From: Felis catus
Taxonomy: Eukaryota
DNA: 64,000 nucleotides
Assembly: GCF_018350175.1 (NCBI RefSeq)
Contig: NC_058368.1
Coordinates: 125,428,001-125,492,000, forward strand
Reading direction: 5' to 3'
Positions 51,000 to 64,000 of this stretch are shown piece after piece. Within the stretch, counting starts at the first letter, position 1. Each line of letters starts with the position of its first letter. A program made the translations under genes and the position numbers. Under the pieces are notes generated by a model. The model was given only the letters and a program-made list of their open reading frames with translations, had not been told where the DNA came from and searched no databases.

Positions 51000-51207
51000 A
51001 TTCACTAGTTTATTCATTCAAACCATATTTATTGAGTTAGTAGTAGGTGTTGAATCCTGGGAGCTTCAAGGGTAGATAAATACTGTTTATGTCTCTGTCT
51101 TCCAGGTGCTCATTGATGGGTAAGAGTAGGAGAGTATGGCCACATGTTACAAGTACAATGCCAAATGCATGAAAATGATACAATGGGAGCACAAAGGAGG
51201 AGTTTGT

Positions 51208-51241
<34 letters not shown>

Positions 51242-51310
51242 AAAAGATGGAGGGTAGGCTAGAAAAAGCTCTGTAGAAGAGGTGACACTTGAACTGAGCC
51301 TTAAAGGTTA
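51000..51310 (-). mobile_element. L2 3' relic containing a T29 run
   Basis: TTTATTCATTCAAACCATATTTATTGAG and AGAAGAGGTGACACTTGAACTGAGCCTTAAAGG. Confidence 0.7.
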
Positions 51311-52546
51311 TGAAAAGTTATGTACTTCTTTACAGTTTCTGGCATAGTCCAGTGAAAATATCAAAATAAGAATTAATCACCCTATCAACCAGTGATCATA
51401 ATAGTGCCAGAGCTATCTAAGATGAGTTTTTATGTTCATTACAACTTATGTGTGCTTTAAGACTCAACTCAGTGATTCCATCTGCTTGATGAAGGCTTCT
51501 TTGATTACCCTGGCTTGAACCGTTCTTATTTGGATTATCATGGTATCTTGGACTGAGTTTAGTCTCTGAACCACCCAGAGATCATACTGCTTTCCGCTGA
51601 ACATAGTTTCCCCCACTACTGAATTGTTAATTCCCCAAGGTTCTTGAAACATGTTTCTAGTAAATTAAGACTCAGCCTGCATCCTAGCACTACTTTGTCT
51701 CACTACTGAAAAATAAGCACTTGTGAAATTTAGGAAACAGTAGTATAGATACTGACTTTGGGTCATTTATGCTTTCAGGAAAATGTTACCTGTGACTAGG
51801 AAGTAATGGCTTTTTGTTGGGCATGGGGGGATTGTGGTACAGCTCCAGCCCTAACTGCTGCTCAGAGTGGGTCATGGAGGGGGAGTGGGAATCACAGTGG
51901 TATGAAATTCATTTGTGAAGGTTACCTCCGTGTTGTCCCACCTGGTGAACTACTGGTGAATAACAAGCCCGTTGTATTACCTAAAGAGATGGCATTGAGT
52001 CTCTAATGTGAAGTTGTGGGATGGAGTGTTTCCTCATTAAATTCATATGTTAGCCAGTCAATGTTGATGAAGAGGCGAATATCCAAAGACTCTAAGTTTA
52101 AATTTTTGTGTGAATTACAGAATTCATATTTTCATCTAATGATCCAGGGCTCAATAGTTCTCTCTCAGAAGTTCACCTTACCTGTCCCATAAATTTTCTG
52201 TGGGTGGGAAGGTATGTTTTTTTTTCTGGTAACAGGGAATGTAGGTCAGAGTATTTGTGAGAACTACACTGCAAATGGAAAATGTTGTAGCATATAAATC
52301 CAAGATATTATTATTGCCATTATCTCCACCTACTAATTACCTAAAGACCAGTTAATCCACAAAAACCCAACTTTTTAATTGAGATTATAAGGAATTTATA
52401 CCTTACCTGATAAGCCATCTTTTTTTTTTTTTAATTTCCTTTTAAATGTTTACATGGTCAAAAGTACCAGGTGCAAAATTATAACATAATGATGAATAGG
52501 CCACACATATAAAAAGTGATCCTTTCTGGATTGTTTAACATTTCTT

Positions 52547-52727
52547 AAAAGTTTTTTTTTTTTAATTTGTTTTTGAGAGAGAGAGGGAGAGAGAGAGAAT
52601 CCCAAGCAGGCTCTACATTGTCAGGGCAGAGCCTGACACAGGGCTCTAACTCACGAACCATGAGATCATGACCTGAGCTAAAATCAAGAGTCAGATGCTT
52701 AAATGACTGAGCTACCCAGGTTCCCCC
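52547..52727 (-). mobile_element. Can-SINE just downstream of the putative ACTBL2 3' end
   Basis: TSD TGTT(TA/CT)ACATTTCTT at 52532-52546 and 52728-52742. Confidence 0.92.
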
Positions 52728-52793
52728 TGTTCTACATTTCTTTAGGAAGGATTAGGGGAAAAATCAGGACATGCAAATATGAAGCCATTTTAA

Positions 52794-52799
52794 TTTATT
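52794..52799 (-). terminator. Candidate ACTBL2 polyadenylation signal AATAAA
   Basis: TTTATT on the + strand about 1.5 kb past the stop codon. It is the first canonical AATAAA I find on the minus strand after the stop. Usage is inferred, not shown. Confidence 0.5.
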
Positions 52800-54313
52800 T
52801 AAAATTAATTAAAAGAGAAAGGACACTCCAAGTTTTTTAATAAGGTGCCTTTGAAGATTAATTTTGGTTAAATGCATTTTTAAAAATTAAGTTGTCAGAT
52901 AAAGAAAATAAGGAACAAGCAAATTCTTTGAAAAGTTTTGTCTCAAGAAAAAAATGCTTAAAGACTCCAGAGTAGACTTTTAAAACACAAGTATAAGCTT
53001 CTCAACTAAAAGGAAAAAAGAAGATACTAATCTTCCCTGAGAATGTGATGATGCCTTAGTAAGCATTGCCCAAAAATATTTTTTTTTCAGAAAAAAAACC
53101 CTGAGAGATACAAATAACTCTGATATTCAGATAATCAGACATCACAGACTTGATTGAAATAAATATGCTAGTCCTTAAAATTGATTGACAATCATCATTG
53201 GGTTCATTAAAAATTTTCAGAAATTGTAGGAAGATACAGTAGTATTTTCTAAGATGTTAGTATCTTAGAGACAGTCTAAGAATGAAGAAGTATTGCTAGT
53301 TACTGGACATAATAAAGCAGAATTATTCTAATTATTTCCTAGAATAAAATTGGAATTACACTGTTTGTACTAGAATTTATAATTTACTAAGAAGCTGCAG
53401 CTATGGTTTCCTGACAGTAAAATCCTTGATTAGAGAAATATCCAAAATTATGGCCTATGGAAATTATTCAAGATATGTTATTATGCTAAGAAATAAAAAT
53501 AACATTATCCTTGTCAAACCATAGCAAGATGACATTAATTTGATACTATATTTCTATTTTAAAAGTTAGGCAAGTAGAATGAAATTCAATAAGTTAGACA
53601 TTAAAATATGTATTTAACAAGCAGAACTCCACTCTGACCTGAAAGTTTAGTTGATTTATAAACAACATTAATGGAATATTGGTTGTTTCATTATGCTTAT
53701 TTAATAAGGGAAACAATTAAAATATGTAGCTACTAGAACGGTGGCTATTGGGGAGTTAAGAAATTCCCATTTAGACAGCCAGATTTAGTGTCTTTTAAGA
53801 TATAATATTTCCCTGGTGCTTATGTACATATGGACAATATTGATCCATATAATTCATTATCTCTATACAAAGTAGAAAAGCAAAACAAAAATACTAATAA
53901 GACATGTTTGCTAACATGCACATTTTTATAGCATTACATGGCCAGCCTGTTGTTGAATATTTAAAGCATAAACTAGTTTCTAAGGCTTGGTAATGCTAGT
54001 TATCCATTCTGAAAGGAAATTTCTCATAATTTTACTCCTTGTCGCTCATTTTCACCTAAGCATGTCAATATTTCTTCGAACCCTATAGGTAAAGAGAATA
54101 GAATACAGTATTAGAATTCTCCTTCAGTTCATAAAGGCCAAGATGTGGTTAGCTGGGCAGGAGCCCACAATACTTTGATGGAGATGAGTTTGCTGGCTCT
54201 ACAGTAGCAAGAGCAGAGTGTTTACCTTTACTCAAAGGAAAGTGGATAAAAGCAGTACCATCACTGTGACCCAGAGAAGGGAAAAATGTAAACCTATTAG
54301 CATGGAAGACCAT

Positions 54314-55504
<1,191 letters not shown>

Positions 55505-55576
55505 TTATGGTGTGCAAGGGGGAGGATGAACAGGCCGAAACACTCTGGAGAGGGGATCCTGTGCTGTGATGACTGG

Positions 55577-55584
55577 TATTTAAA
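55577..55584 (-). promoter_or_regulatory. Candidate TATA-like box (TTTAAATA) for ACTBL2
   Basis: Lies ~135 bp upstream of the ATG, implying a TSS near 55550 and an ATG-free 5' UTR. A second TA-rich element lies at about 55677-55686. Motif evidence only. Confidence 0.45.
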
Positions 55585-58121
55585 GGTGCACGCTGGCCCC
55601 ACCCATGTCTTATCCCACCAGTTCCCAGCATTTCTGCGTGGGGTTGCCTTTGAGGTATTAATAATGATGATGGTGATTATATAAATCATTAGGAGACCTT
55701 ATTTCATACAGAGAAAATTGACTATCAAGTGGCCAAATCTGAGGTTACTGTAATTAGGCAACCCACACATGGTTGTCAGCGTGCTTTGGCTCAGTCTCTA
55801 GATAACTATGATGATGCAATGGGGGATATAAAAGCAAGATGAAAGAAAGCTAGTGTGAGGTATGGGTAACATGGCTGGAAGGACCAATCCCTCCTCACTT
55901 TACTCTCTGGGTCCATTTTCTCCACAGTAGCTTTAACTTTTCATTCTTAATATATTGTTCTTATGAGGAGCCGAACTCCGAAAACTTCACTTTTTCAAGA
56001 TTTTCTTTCCCATTTTGGTCCTAATCCCATAGGATGTTCATCATGATGGAAATTATTTTAATGGATGAAAATAATGAATGGCCAAGTGTGGCCTGACAGC
56101 TGTAATTTTAATGCATTTGCATTGTGCACAATTTAGGGATATTTAATAGACTTCTAACCCATTGGAAGACAGCTAAAAGCAATAAAGTGATCAGTAAAGT
56201 AAACCATTATATATTTTCTTTCTTGATATAAATTTCTAACAACCAAATTAAATTAGGAACTTACTATGCCCAGACATTGTTCAGGAACTAGATTATTGGG
56301 TCCATGTTGACTGCACAGAGGCTCAATGTCCCTCTTGCATGATTTATTAAGTAAAATGCAGATTATAAAAATTGTATCAATTTATAATAACTCTTTAGTT
56401 GTACAACAAGGAACATAATTGATAATGAGTTTTAAAGTGATATGTTTGAGCTGATCTTGAAAACATTTTGATCTTCAAGATTCATATAATGTGTTATAAC
56501 ATCAAGCTTCTCTCTAGTACACACTTGGAATAGTATTAGTTTTCCTTTGATTTTAGCATATACAATATTACACCTTGGTCATTTTATAGGTATAGTTTGT
56601 TTGGATTTTATTTTCAATATAGAAATATAGACAATTTAGTAGACTGTGTGCCATGATATAATGTAGGACTCTAGTAATGTGTTTCAAAGAAACAGCAATT
56701 CTCAAAGTTCATTTCTTTGCTCCCACTATGCTATGTAAACAGAAGATCCCTGTCAGCTCTTCTAAAGCAAAGCAATTTTTCATTGCTCACATTGGGGTTC
56801 TCCAAAATCACCTTCGTTTTTGGTTAATTAATTAATTGCCACTTTGTAAGAGGTAGCAGCAGTCTTGCAGTACTGGACAGTACTTGACAAAAGTGCAACT
56901 TCCAGTTCAAGGCCAGGAGAAATAGCTGGTGTCTTTGCTCATGAGCCTCTGGGAGAATCATGGTAACACCAGGTTAGGAGCGTCCAGTCCTCTTCTTTGT
57001 GCACAGCTTGACACAGAATTATACGATTACTTTTCTCTGCGTTTTCTCAGTGTTTTCCTAAAATGTGCTTTCCAAACCTTCCTGCTGATAATCAGTTATG
57101 GTAGAATGTATTTCACTACAAAATCCATAGTTTTGCTTTTCTTCTGACCAAGATTGTTCTAGTTTTTTCTGTAACTGCAAAATCAATTCCTCCGTCAACA
57201 AAATTAAAGAACTCACCCTCAAACCTTCACACTGAATGGTTTTGTGTACTTCCTTTTCATGTAGCACAACCAAGCTTTTGATTAAAATAATATTTTATTG
57301 CTACAGGATGGTACTACTGGAAATGTCTTTTTAACAACAATAGCAAACTAAATGCACATGCTACAAAACTGTAAAGAAAACACATTGCATTTAAAGCCAG
57401 TCACCATTTATGAATTTCCAGGCTGGAATACAAAACAAAGCCGCATCAGTAGAGGAGCCCATATGGCACCAAGTGCAGCCTTTAGATTCTAGGTTTACTG
57501 TGGTGTTCTCCTTAGAATTGTCTTTGGATGGAGAGTTGTTTGGCAATGAGACCACACAGCATAGTTGATGCCTTAAGAGTGAGGCTGATGTGTGATTTTT
57601 ATAGAAGACCTTCTAACCTCTGTTTTAATTTTGGTGTACCAGGAGAAATCTTCATCAATTATATACTCTTAAATAAGCTTAAGTTCTTTTACTTAACTCC
57701 CCGTAATACAAGAGGGACATGTGATAATTCGTCCACCATCTAAAAATAACTGCTTAAATGTTTAAAAAGTAGTAAGGATTTGTGTGAGTGAAATATACGA
57801 GGTGGATTTACAAATATTGGACTCTGAGGGACTGTTCCCAAAGGTAATAGGTTTTATAACTGACTGGAATTTATAAATACTTAGCTAGTTACCTATACCT
57901 AAAACCTTTGGGGGCTTTTATGATTAACTTTTGGAAGCCTAGAATATCATTTTCTTTTACTTTTGCCTAGTTTGGCTATTCTGCAGGTATATAAACCCTG
58001 AGTAAAGCAGGAGTATTAGCATTACATGTAAGGATAACAAGCTGGGAGGGTTTAAAGAAGTGCCCTACTGCTCATCACAAGGTTCTCATGATCTTTCCTT
58101 TTCCAAGCAATCTTAGAATTA

Positions 58122-58340
58122 ATTTTTTTTGATTAAAAAAATTCAACATTTATTTATTTTTGAGAAACAGAGAGAGAGACAGGTGTGGGGCAGAGAGAGA
58201 GGGAGACACAGAATCTGAAGCAGGTTCCAGGCTCCGAGCTGTCAGCACAGAGCCTGACATGGGGCTTGAACTCACAAACCGCCAGATCATGACCTGAGCC
58301 AAAGTCAGACACTTATCTGACTGAGTGACCCAGGTGCCCC
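58122..58340 (-). mobile_element. Can-SINE
   Basis: TSD AATCTTAGA(A/C)TTA at 58109-58121 and 58341-58353. Confidence 0.94.
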
Positions 58341-58855
58341 AATCTTAGACTTATTCAATCCACCAACATTTACTCAACATGCTGGGCACTGGTGCTATAT
58401 TGGTGAATAAATGCTTGCCCTTATTTTTAAATAGTCTAGTGTCTTGTGGGTGAAGGTCACATCTGAGCAGGCTAACATTGGTCACTGTGCATTGATACAG
58501 AACAGCAAGCTTGTGTTCTGATGGGACACTGCCTGTGTTGCGTCAGTAGTTAAATGTTTTGAATATCATTCCCAAATTCACCGGTAACAGAGTACGATGT
58601 GGTTGACATATACAGGGAAAGAGCACAGAGTATATGAAGGCTAAGGGAGGAGCCCTTGAACCTGGGGAAGGGAGAGATCAGGGAAGAGGACCCCTGGGCT
58701 GAGTTTCAGAGGATGGGCAGGATGTTGCCAGTGGCTGGTGGAGGGAATATTGAAGCATGAGTACCACCGACTTGAATAAAATTAGGAAATCCAGGATATA
58801 TTTGGAACTAGGTATCTACACAAGGGTCAGCAAGGTTTTGGAATAGGAATCTGAA

Positions 58856-59032
58856 TTTTTTTTTTTTTAGTGTTTACCTTTTAGAGAGAGAGAGAGAGAG
58901 AGAGACAGAGACAGAGAGAGAGGGAGGCAGGGATCAGAAGTGAGCTCTTTGGGCTTGAACTTGTGTAAGATCATGACCTGAGCCGAAGTCGGATGCTCAA
59001 CCAAATGAGCCATCCAGGCATCCAGGTGCCCC
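58856..59032 (-). mobile_element. Short Can-SINE with a small internal CATCCAGG duplication
   Basis: Head and (GA)n linker present. Degenerate TSD AATAGGAATCTGAAT / AGTAAGAGTCTGAAT. Confidence 0.88.
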
Positions 59033-59859
59033 AGTAAGAGTCTGAATCTTAACAGGCATGAGGAAGGGAGGAGAACTCCAGAACTGGATGTGACTTTCCT
59101 TCTGGGCACAGAAGATGTGACTAGGGGCCCACACAAGGCCATGTGTTAGTGATAATCTCCTGTCCCTGGACTCTCATCTCCTAACCATACTGCTAAAATT
59201 GAGAGTGTTAATCAGATCCCTTTGTGCCACCCCCCTGGAGATTCAATTTAGAATATTGAGGTCAGCTACCTTCTTCCTTGGTTTTTACTTGATTCCCTAC
59301 TTGTGCCCCACACTCTCATCCTTTGTAGCTTTTGCACACATGTCTAATTTGGGCTAATTATGCAGTTTGGGAAGCTGCATAATTCACTTCCAGGTAGGAT
59401 TATGGTAGGATTATGATTGGTAGGATATGACTCAATGTAGTTTTTGTTTTTTAAGTTAGGAGAAGCACTCTTTCTGGAGATGTCCAGAATCATAGCTAGG
59501 AAATTATTTCCTATCTCTTGGACTAGTAGGGCCTCCTGAGGGTTTTCTTAGTTATCCCTTTGCTGACAGCAAGGCTGCATGTTATCTGTGGCAGAAAAAG
59601 GGTGAATGGGCAGAATGACTCTTTGGGATAGAATTCAGGAGAGGAGATGAAGGTAGGAAATCCAAATGAAAACAGGGGCGGTAGAGTATCAGAACTTAAA
59701 ACCTGGATATTGCTGGTTTCTCTTCCTTTATCTATCATGTTGCTAGTAACGACCTGGAAGAAGCTACAGAAAAGATGGTACTAGCATTTGGTGCAGATTC
59801 TGGATTGTTCACGGGGGCCAGACCTTGATGTAATACAGAGCATGTAGCTTAGGACCCCA

Positions 59860-60144
59860 GGCATTACTTTGGTCCATACAGTGTTCTACAAATGGTTTAG
59901 AATTTTTAGTTTTGAATATTTGGAAAATAAGTAGATTTCTGAATTCCTGCTTCTCTTAAAAAAATAGATCAAGCAACACTGGATCCCATTCCCAAATTAC
60001 AGCTGTCTAGCAGCTCCCTCCCTTAGAAGGAGTGTGAGTTCTCCATTCTCCTTGACCCCCCACAGCCCTATAGCACTGCTCCCAACCTACTCCATTCATG
60101 CTCCTTGTAGGCTTAAGAGTTTAATGTGTTGTGAGAAACCAAAG
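59860..60144 (+). mobile_element. MER102-like (hAT-Charlie) DNA transposon relic, copy A
   Basis: TTTGGTCCATACAGTGTT...GCTTCTCTTAAAAAAATAGATCAAGCAACACTGG..CATTCCC...TAGCAGCT resembles the recalled MER102 consensus. Confidence 0.55.
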
Positions 60145-60615
60145 AGGAACATGCATTTTGGAGGGGGTTGGGTGAGGTGGGGTAAGAAAAGGGCAAGTGG
60201 AAGCACATGTTGTATGGTTCTTTCTTGTATAGGAGGTGGTTTGCTACAAGAGAGGAGGTGGTTTCCTCTCTTGCTACAAGAGAGGACCAATAGTATGTGG
60301 CTGAGTTTCTTAACTATATGACAAATGCCCAAATGTAACACTTAGTCTTAAGGAATTCAGTTCAAAAGATGGTAGGATAGGAAGACAGGTTCTAGTTTTC
60401 ATTGTTTCATTGATGATGGGATATGGTGGAATGGGTTTACATTACAGAAGGGAGGATTTATACTAAATAATTAGATGAATATTGGTGAGAATGTGATGAG
60501 TTACAACTCTATTTTTGGCAAAGTATCTCTGTTGCCACCTTGAAGAGGATATTCAGAGGTCTGGGTCCTGGAATTTTCTCCTGTTCTGTTTGGACAGGTT
60601 GAAAGAGACAATTGG

Positions 60616-60690
60616 TTTTTTATTTATTTTTTATTTTAAAGCTAGTTAGTTAGTTAGTTAGTTAGTTTGTTTGTTTATTTATTTATGTAT

Positions 60691-60722
<32 letters not shown>

Positions 60723-60880
60723 AGAGGCAGAGAGAAAGGGAGAGAGGGAGAATCCCAAGCAGGGCTCCACACTGTTAATACAGAGCCCCACATGGGGTTT
60801 GAACTCACAAACTGTGAGATCAGGACCTGAGCCAAAATCAAAAGTCATCTGCCCAACTGACTGAGCTGCTGAGGAGCCCC
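60616..60880 (-). mobile_element. Can-SINE with a (TTAG)n(TTTG)n(TTTA)n tail microsatellite
   Basis: Body and head are visible. The tail has expanded into tetranucleotide repeats. Confidence 0.92.
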
Positions 60881-60891
60881 TGAATTGGGTA

Positions 60892-60918
60892 TTATTGATT
60901 AACTGATTATTTATTTAT

Positions 60919-60952
<34 letters not shown>

Positions 60953-61121
60953 TGAACAGGGGAGGGGCAGAGAGAGAGAGAGGGAGAGAGAGAATCCCAA
61001 GCAGGCTCCCCATTGTCAGCACAGAGCCCCACTTGAGGCTTGAACTCACAAACTGTAAGAGCAGGACCTGAGCCAAAATCAAGAGTGGGACACTTAACCA
61101 ACTGAGACATCCAGGTGCCCC
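60892..61121 (-). mobile_element. Can-SINE (second of a tandem cluster)
   Basis: Full body. TSD-like TGA(AT/GC)TGGGTT on both sides. Confidence 0.93.
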
Positions 61122-61158
61122 TGAGCTGGGTTTTTAAATGATATCACATTCTGGGCCT

Positions 61159-61383
61159 TTTTCTTTTTCTTTTTTCTTTTATTATTTCTTAATTATTTAT
61201 TTATTTTGAGACAGAGAGAGCACAAGTGGGGGAGGGGGAGTAAGAAGGAGAGACAGAGTGCCAAGCAGACTCTGCATTGTCCACAGAGCCCGATGTAGGA
61301 CTTGAATCCACGAACCATGAGATCATGAACTGAGCCAAGATCAACAGTTGGATGCTTAACCAACTGCGCTACCAAGGCGCACC
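61159..61383 (-). mobile_element. Can-SINE (third of a tandem cluster)
   Basis: Full body, flanked by CCTTTT(T)CTTTTTCTTT on both sides. Confidence 0.91.
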
Positions 61384-61899
61384 TTTTCTTTTTCTTTAAA
61401 GCAGGAAGGCTAGCTTTATGAGAGAGATGGATGCATTTTGATTTCTTGGTATCACTTTGCTCTGAAACTATGAGTTCTTTGAAAAAGGACACCCAAAAAT
61501 GCTATAAGAATTTGCCCAAGAAAAGCATTAGCTCAAGTATTCAGTTCAAGGCCTCTTTTTGTTACATGAAGCTAAAAATGGAATCTGGGTCAAATTAGTG
61601 GAATATCATACTTGGAGATTAAAACAAAAAAGGAAAAATTCTTCTGTTTCTATCGCTGGTTAAAACTGATGATATTTATAGTTCTAACCCAAAAGGAAAG
61701 AAGAAAATAAGGCTTTAGTTTAGATAAAAGTTTAATTAGAAGTATTGTATAGAGCATAAACAATGCAAAAGAATTCAGGAATATTAACCCAAGGGCAAGA
61801 TTTGCCAAAGAAAGTAGAGTGACAGAGGAAAGATACAAAGCAGAATTTAGTTCATTTTATGAAAAATCAAACCTTCATTTATGGAAATAGAAGATTAGC

Positions 61900-62400
61900 A
61901 TATGACTCACATATGAGCTAGTCACTCTTTGCTCTAAAGCTTTTGAGGACTCGCATTCGCTATAGAGCAAAGTCCAAACTGCTTAATATAGACTTTAAGG
62001 CCCTCTATTATCTGGCTCTGACCTAATTCCCTAGCCTGATATTTACCATCCTCTCCTCCCCCATCCATGAACCTTATGCTCCAGTCTCCTGGACTAATTG
62101 CTATTCCCTTTCCTTGGACCTGCTGGCATTGCTGACTCTACTGGGAATGTCCTCCCCAGTTTCTCTGTCTTATTCTCTTCCATCCAGATGCTCACCACTT
62201 TCCCCAGAAGGAATTGATTTCTTCAATTTCTCAAGTGCCATAGCATTTAGCTTATATCTCTTTTGTAGTTCTTATCCCTTTCTGTTTTGTCTTATTTTTG
62301 TATGTGATTATCTCCCTTACTATACTCTCTAAATCTTGTTTGCATTTTATTTCTAATAGTGCCTATAACAGGGTCTTGCAACTTTAGTTGTTTAATCGTT
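61900..62400 (+). mobile_element. L2 relic
   Basis: TAGAGCAAAGTCCAAACTGCTTAATATAGACTTTAAGGCCCTCTATTATCTGGCTCTGACC is typical of the L2 3' region. Confidence 0.6.
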
Positions 62401-62689
62401 GACTATTGAGCTATACATCCAATGTTTATTTTTAAACAAATACTTGACTGATCGGGCTATGTTAACATTCCAACAAGTTCTAACAGATCCAATACTAACT
62501 AAATTTGCCAGCCTCTCCAAAGTGCTTTGTTTTAATATCAGTAGCCTCAACATTTTCAAAATCATTCAGTTTTCTAATTTGTTATTTTTGACTTAGCCAT
62601 TTTATTATTATTTTTTTTAATAGACAATATGGTATAGTATCAATTGAATATATTTTTAGGTGATTTCTTTTTTCTCATTTCTGCCCCCA

Positions 62690-62888
62690 TTTTCTTGAAA
62701 AAGTAGGAAGATCATGCAACACTGCATCTCATTCCCAAACAACAACTGAGTAGCAGCTCCTTCTCTTGGAAGGGGTGTGAGTTCTCCATTCCTTGTTGGT
62801 CCCCCACAGCCCTGTAACCCTGCTTCTACCCTACACCATTGGTGCTTCTTGTAGGCATGACCATTTAATGTGTTGTGAGAAACCTAAG
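62690..62888 (+). mobile_element. MER102-like relic, copy B (direct repeat of 59950-60144)
   Basis: TTTCTTGAAAAGTAGGAAGATCATGCAACACTG...CTGAGTAGCAGCT aligns colinearly with copy A. Confidence 0.55.
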
Positions 62889-63074
62889 TTCAGGCCTTGG
62901 TCACTCATGATTAGCCAAATTCCACAAGTACTTTGCTGACCACCTCTTCCAGTTGTAAACCCTTCTGAAGCCCATTGCCAGCAATCTCTTAAATCATGTT
63001 CCCTGAAGTTTCTTCTAGGCTACAAATCTACTACCACATAAAATCTAAGCCTCTCTGTCTTCCTCTATCCTATA

Positions 63075-63312
63075 AAATGTAGTAGTTAAGAACACAGTTC
63101 TAGAATCTGGCAGAGTTAGGCTTGTACCCCCACTTGCTAGGTCTAGAACCTGGGGCATTTCAGAACTTCTGAAAGCCTCAGATTCTTCCTGTCTAAGCTG
63201 CACATAATTGTGTCTACCTCATAAAGTTGTCTGGGGTTGGCATGAGATGATGCCTATAAAGTATGTAGCAGATTGCATGGTAAGTGTAGGAGTCAATTAA
63301 TATTTGTGACAA
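63075..63312 (+). mobile_element. MIR relic
   Basis: GTAGTAGTTAAGAACACAG...GCCTCAGATTCTTCCTGTCTAAG...TCTACCTCATAAAGTTG. Confidence 0.72.
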
Positions 63313-64000
63313 TCATTGCATTTGCCATGACTTTCCAGGATGCCTGCTCAGCTCTGGTCAGTATCCCTGGCAAGGATCCTAATAGGGATTAACCAAGCAC
63401 TGTGTATGGAGTAGGTGTCTAAGTTTACTACTAAGAAAAGGAAAGTTAAAGATGTCTAAAGGGAGGTGGACAATTGGTGAAAGACCCTGAAGCCAATATT
63501 GAATGGTTTGAATTTGGTAAGCTAGGTACGGGTTGATCATCCTCCTGTCAGGAGTGGCTACTCTCTGAGTGGAGATGGAAGTTAAATTATTTTTCAAGAT
63601 TTACTGGTTTAGACAGTGTATAAGCATGGAAAAGATAAGGCAAGAGTGTCTCTTGCTGAGCTATGCAGTGCTTTCTTCCTGCTGGGGTTTGGAGGTACAG
63701 GAGGTTCTTTTGGACCCCATGTGGACTTGATGCCCAGTGGAGTGGTGTGGCAGAGCTGAGCATGGTCTCTTGAAGAGGGTAGGGAGGATTATGGCAGCCC
63801 ATGTGGGCCTCACATAAGTGACCCCGACATCTGAACTATGTTCTTCTGCGTAATCAGTAATTATTATTGGCAGAAAGTAGATACCTATAACTGATCTGTG
63901 GGCCATTATACATCAGAAAAGGTTGTTGGCATTGTTTTGAAGCCCTAAATTCTAGCCACTTCTTATTCACTCTGGAGTCATTTCCCTGTCCAGCAAGGCC

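Overview
AT-rich, gene-poor mammalian genomic DNA. The tRNA-derived Can-SINE (SINEC_Fc-like) and L1 content point to a carnivore, most likely a felid. The only credible protein-coding gene is an intact, uninterrupted 376-aa beta-actin-like 2 ORF (ACTBL2, 54314-55444, minus strand), with a candidate TATA-like element and a candidate poly(A) signal. The rest is interspersed repeat: 23 Can-SINEs (many with visible target-site duplications, TSDs), several 5'-truncated L1s, and old MIR, L2, MaLR, LTR33, MER20 and MER102-like relics, plus microsatellites. Other ORFs in the track are repeat-derived or spurious. I see no convincing new biological system. The most notable observations are a strong SINE orientation bias (19 of 23 on the minus strand), a candidate L1 3' transduction containing a nested antisense L1, two SINE/L1 composites, a 3'-splice-site-like signature just upstream of the ACTBL2 ATG, and a ~190-bp local duplication. 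Repeat family names come from recalled consensus sequences, not from a database search.
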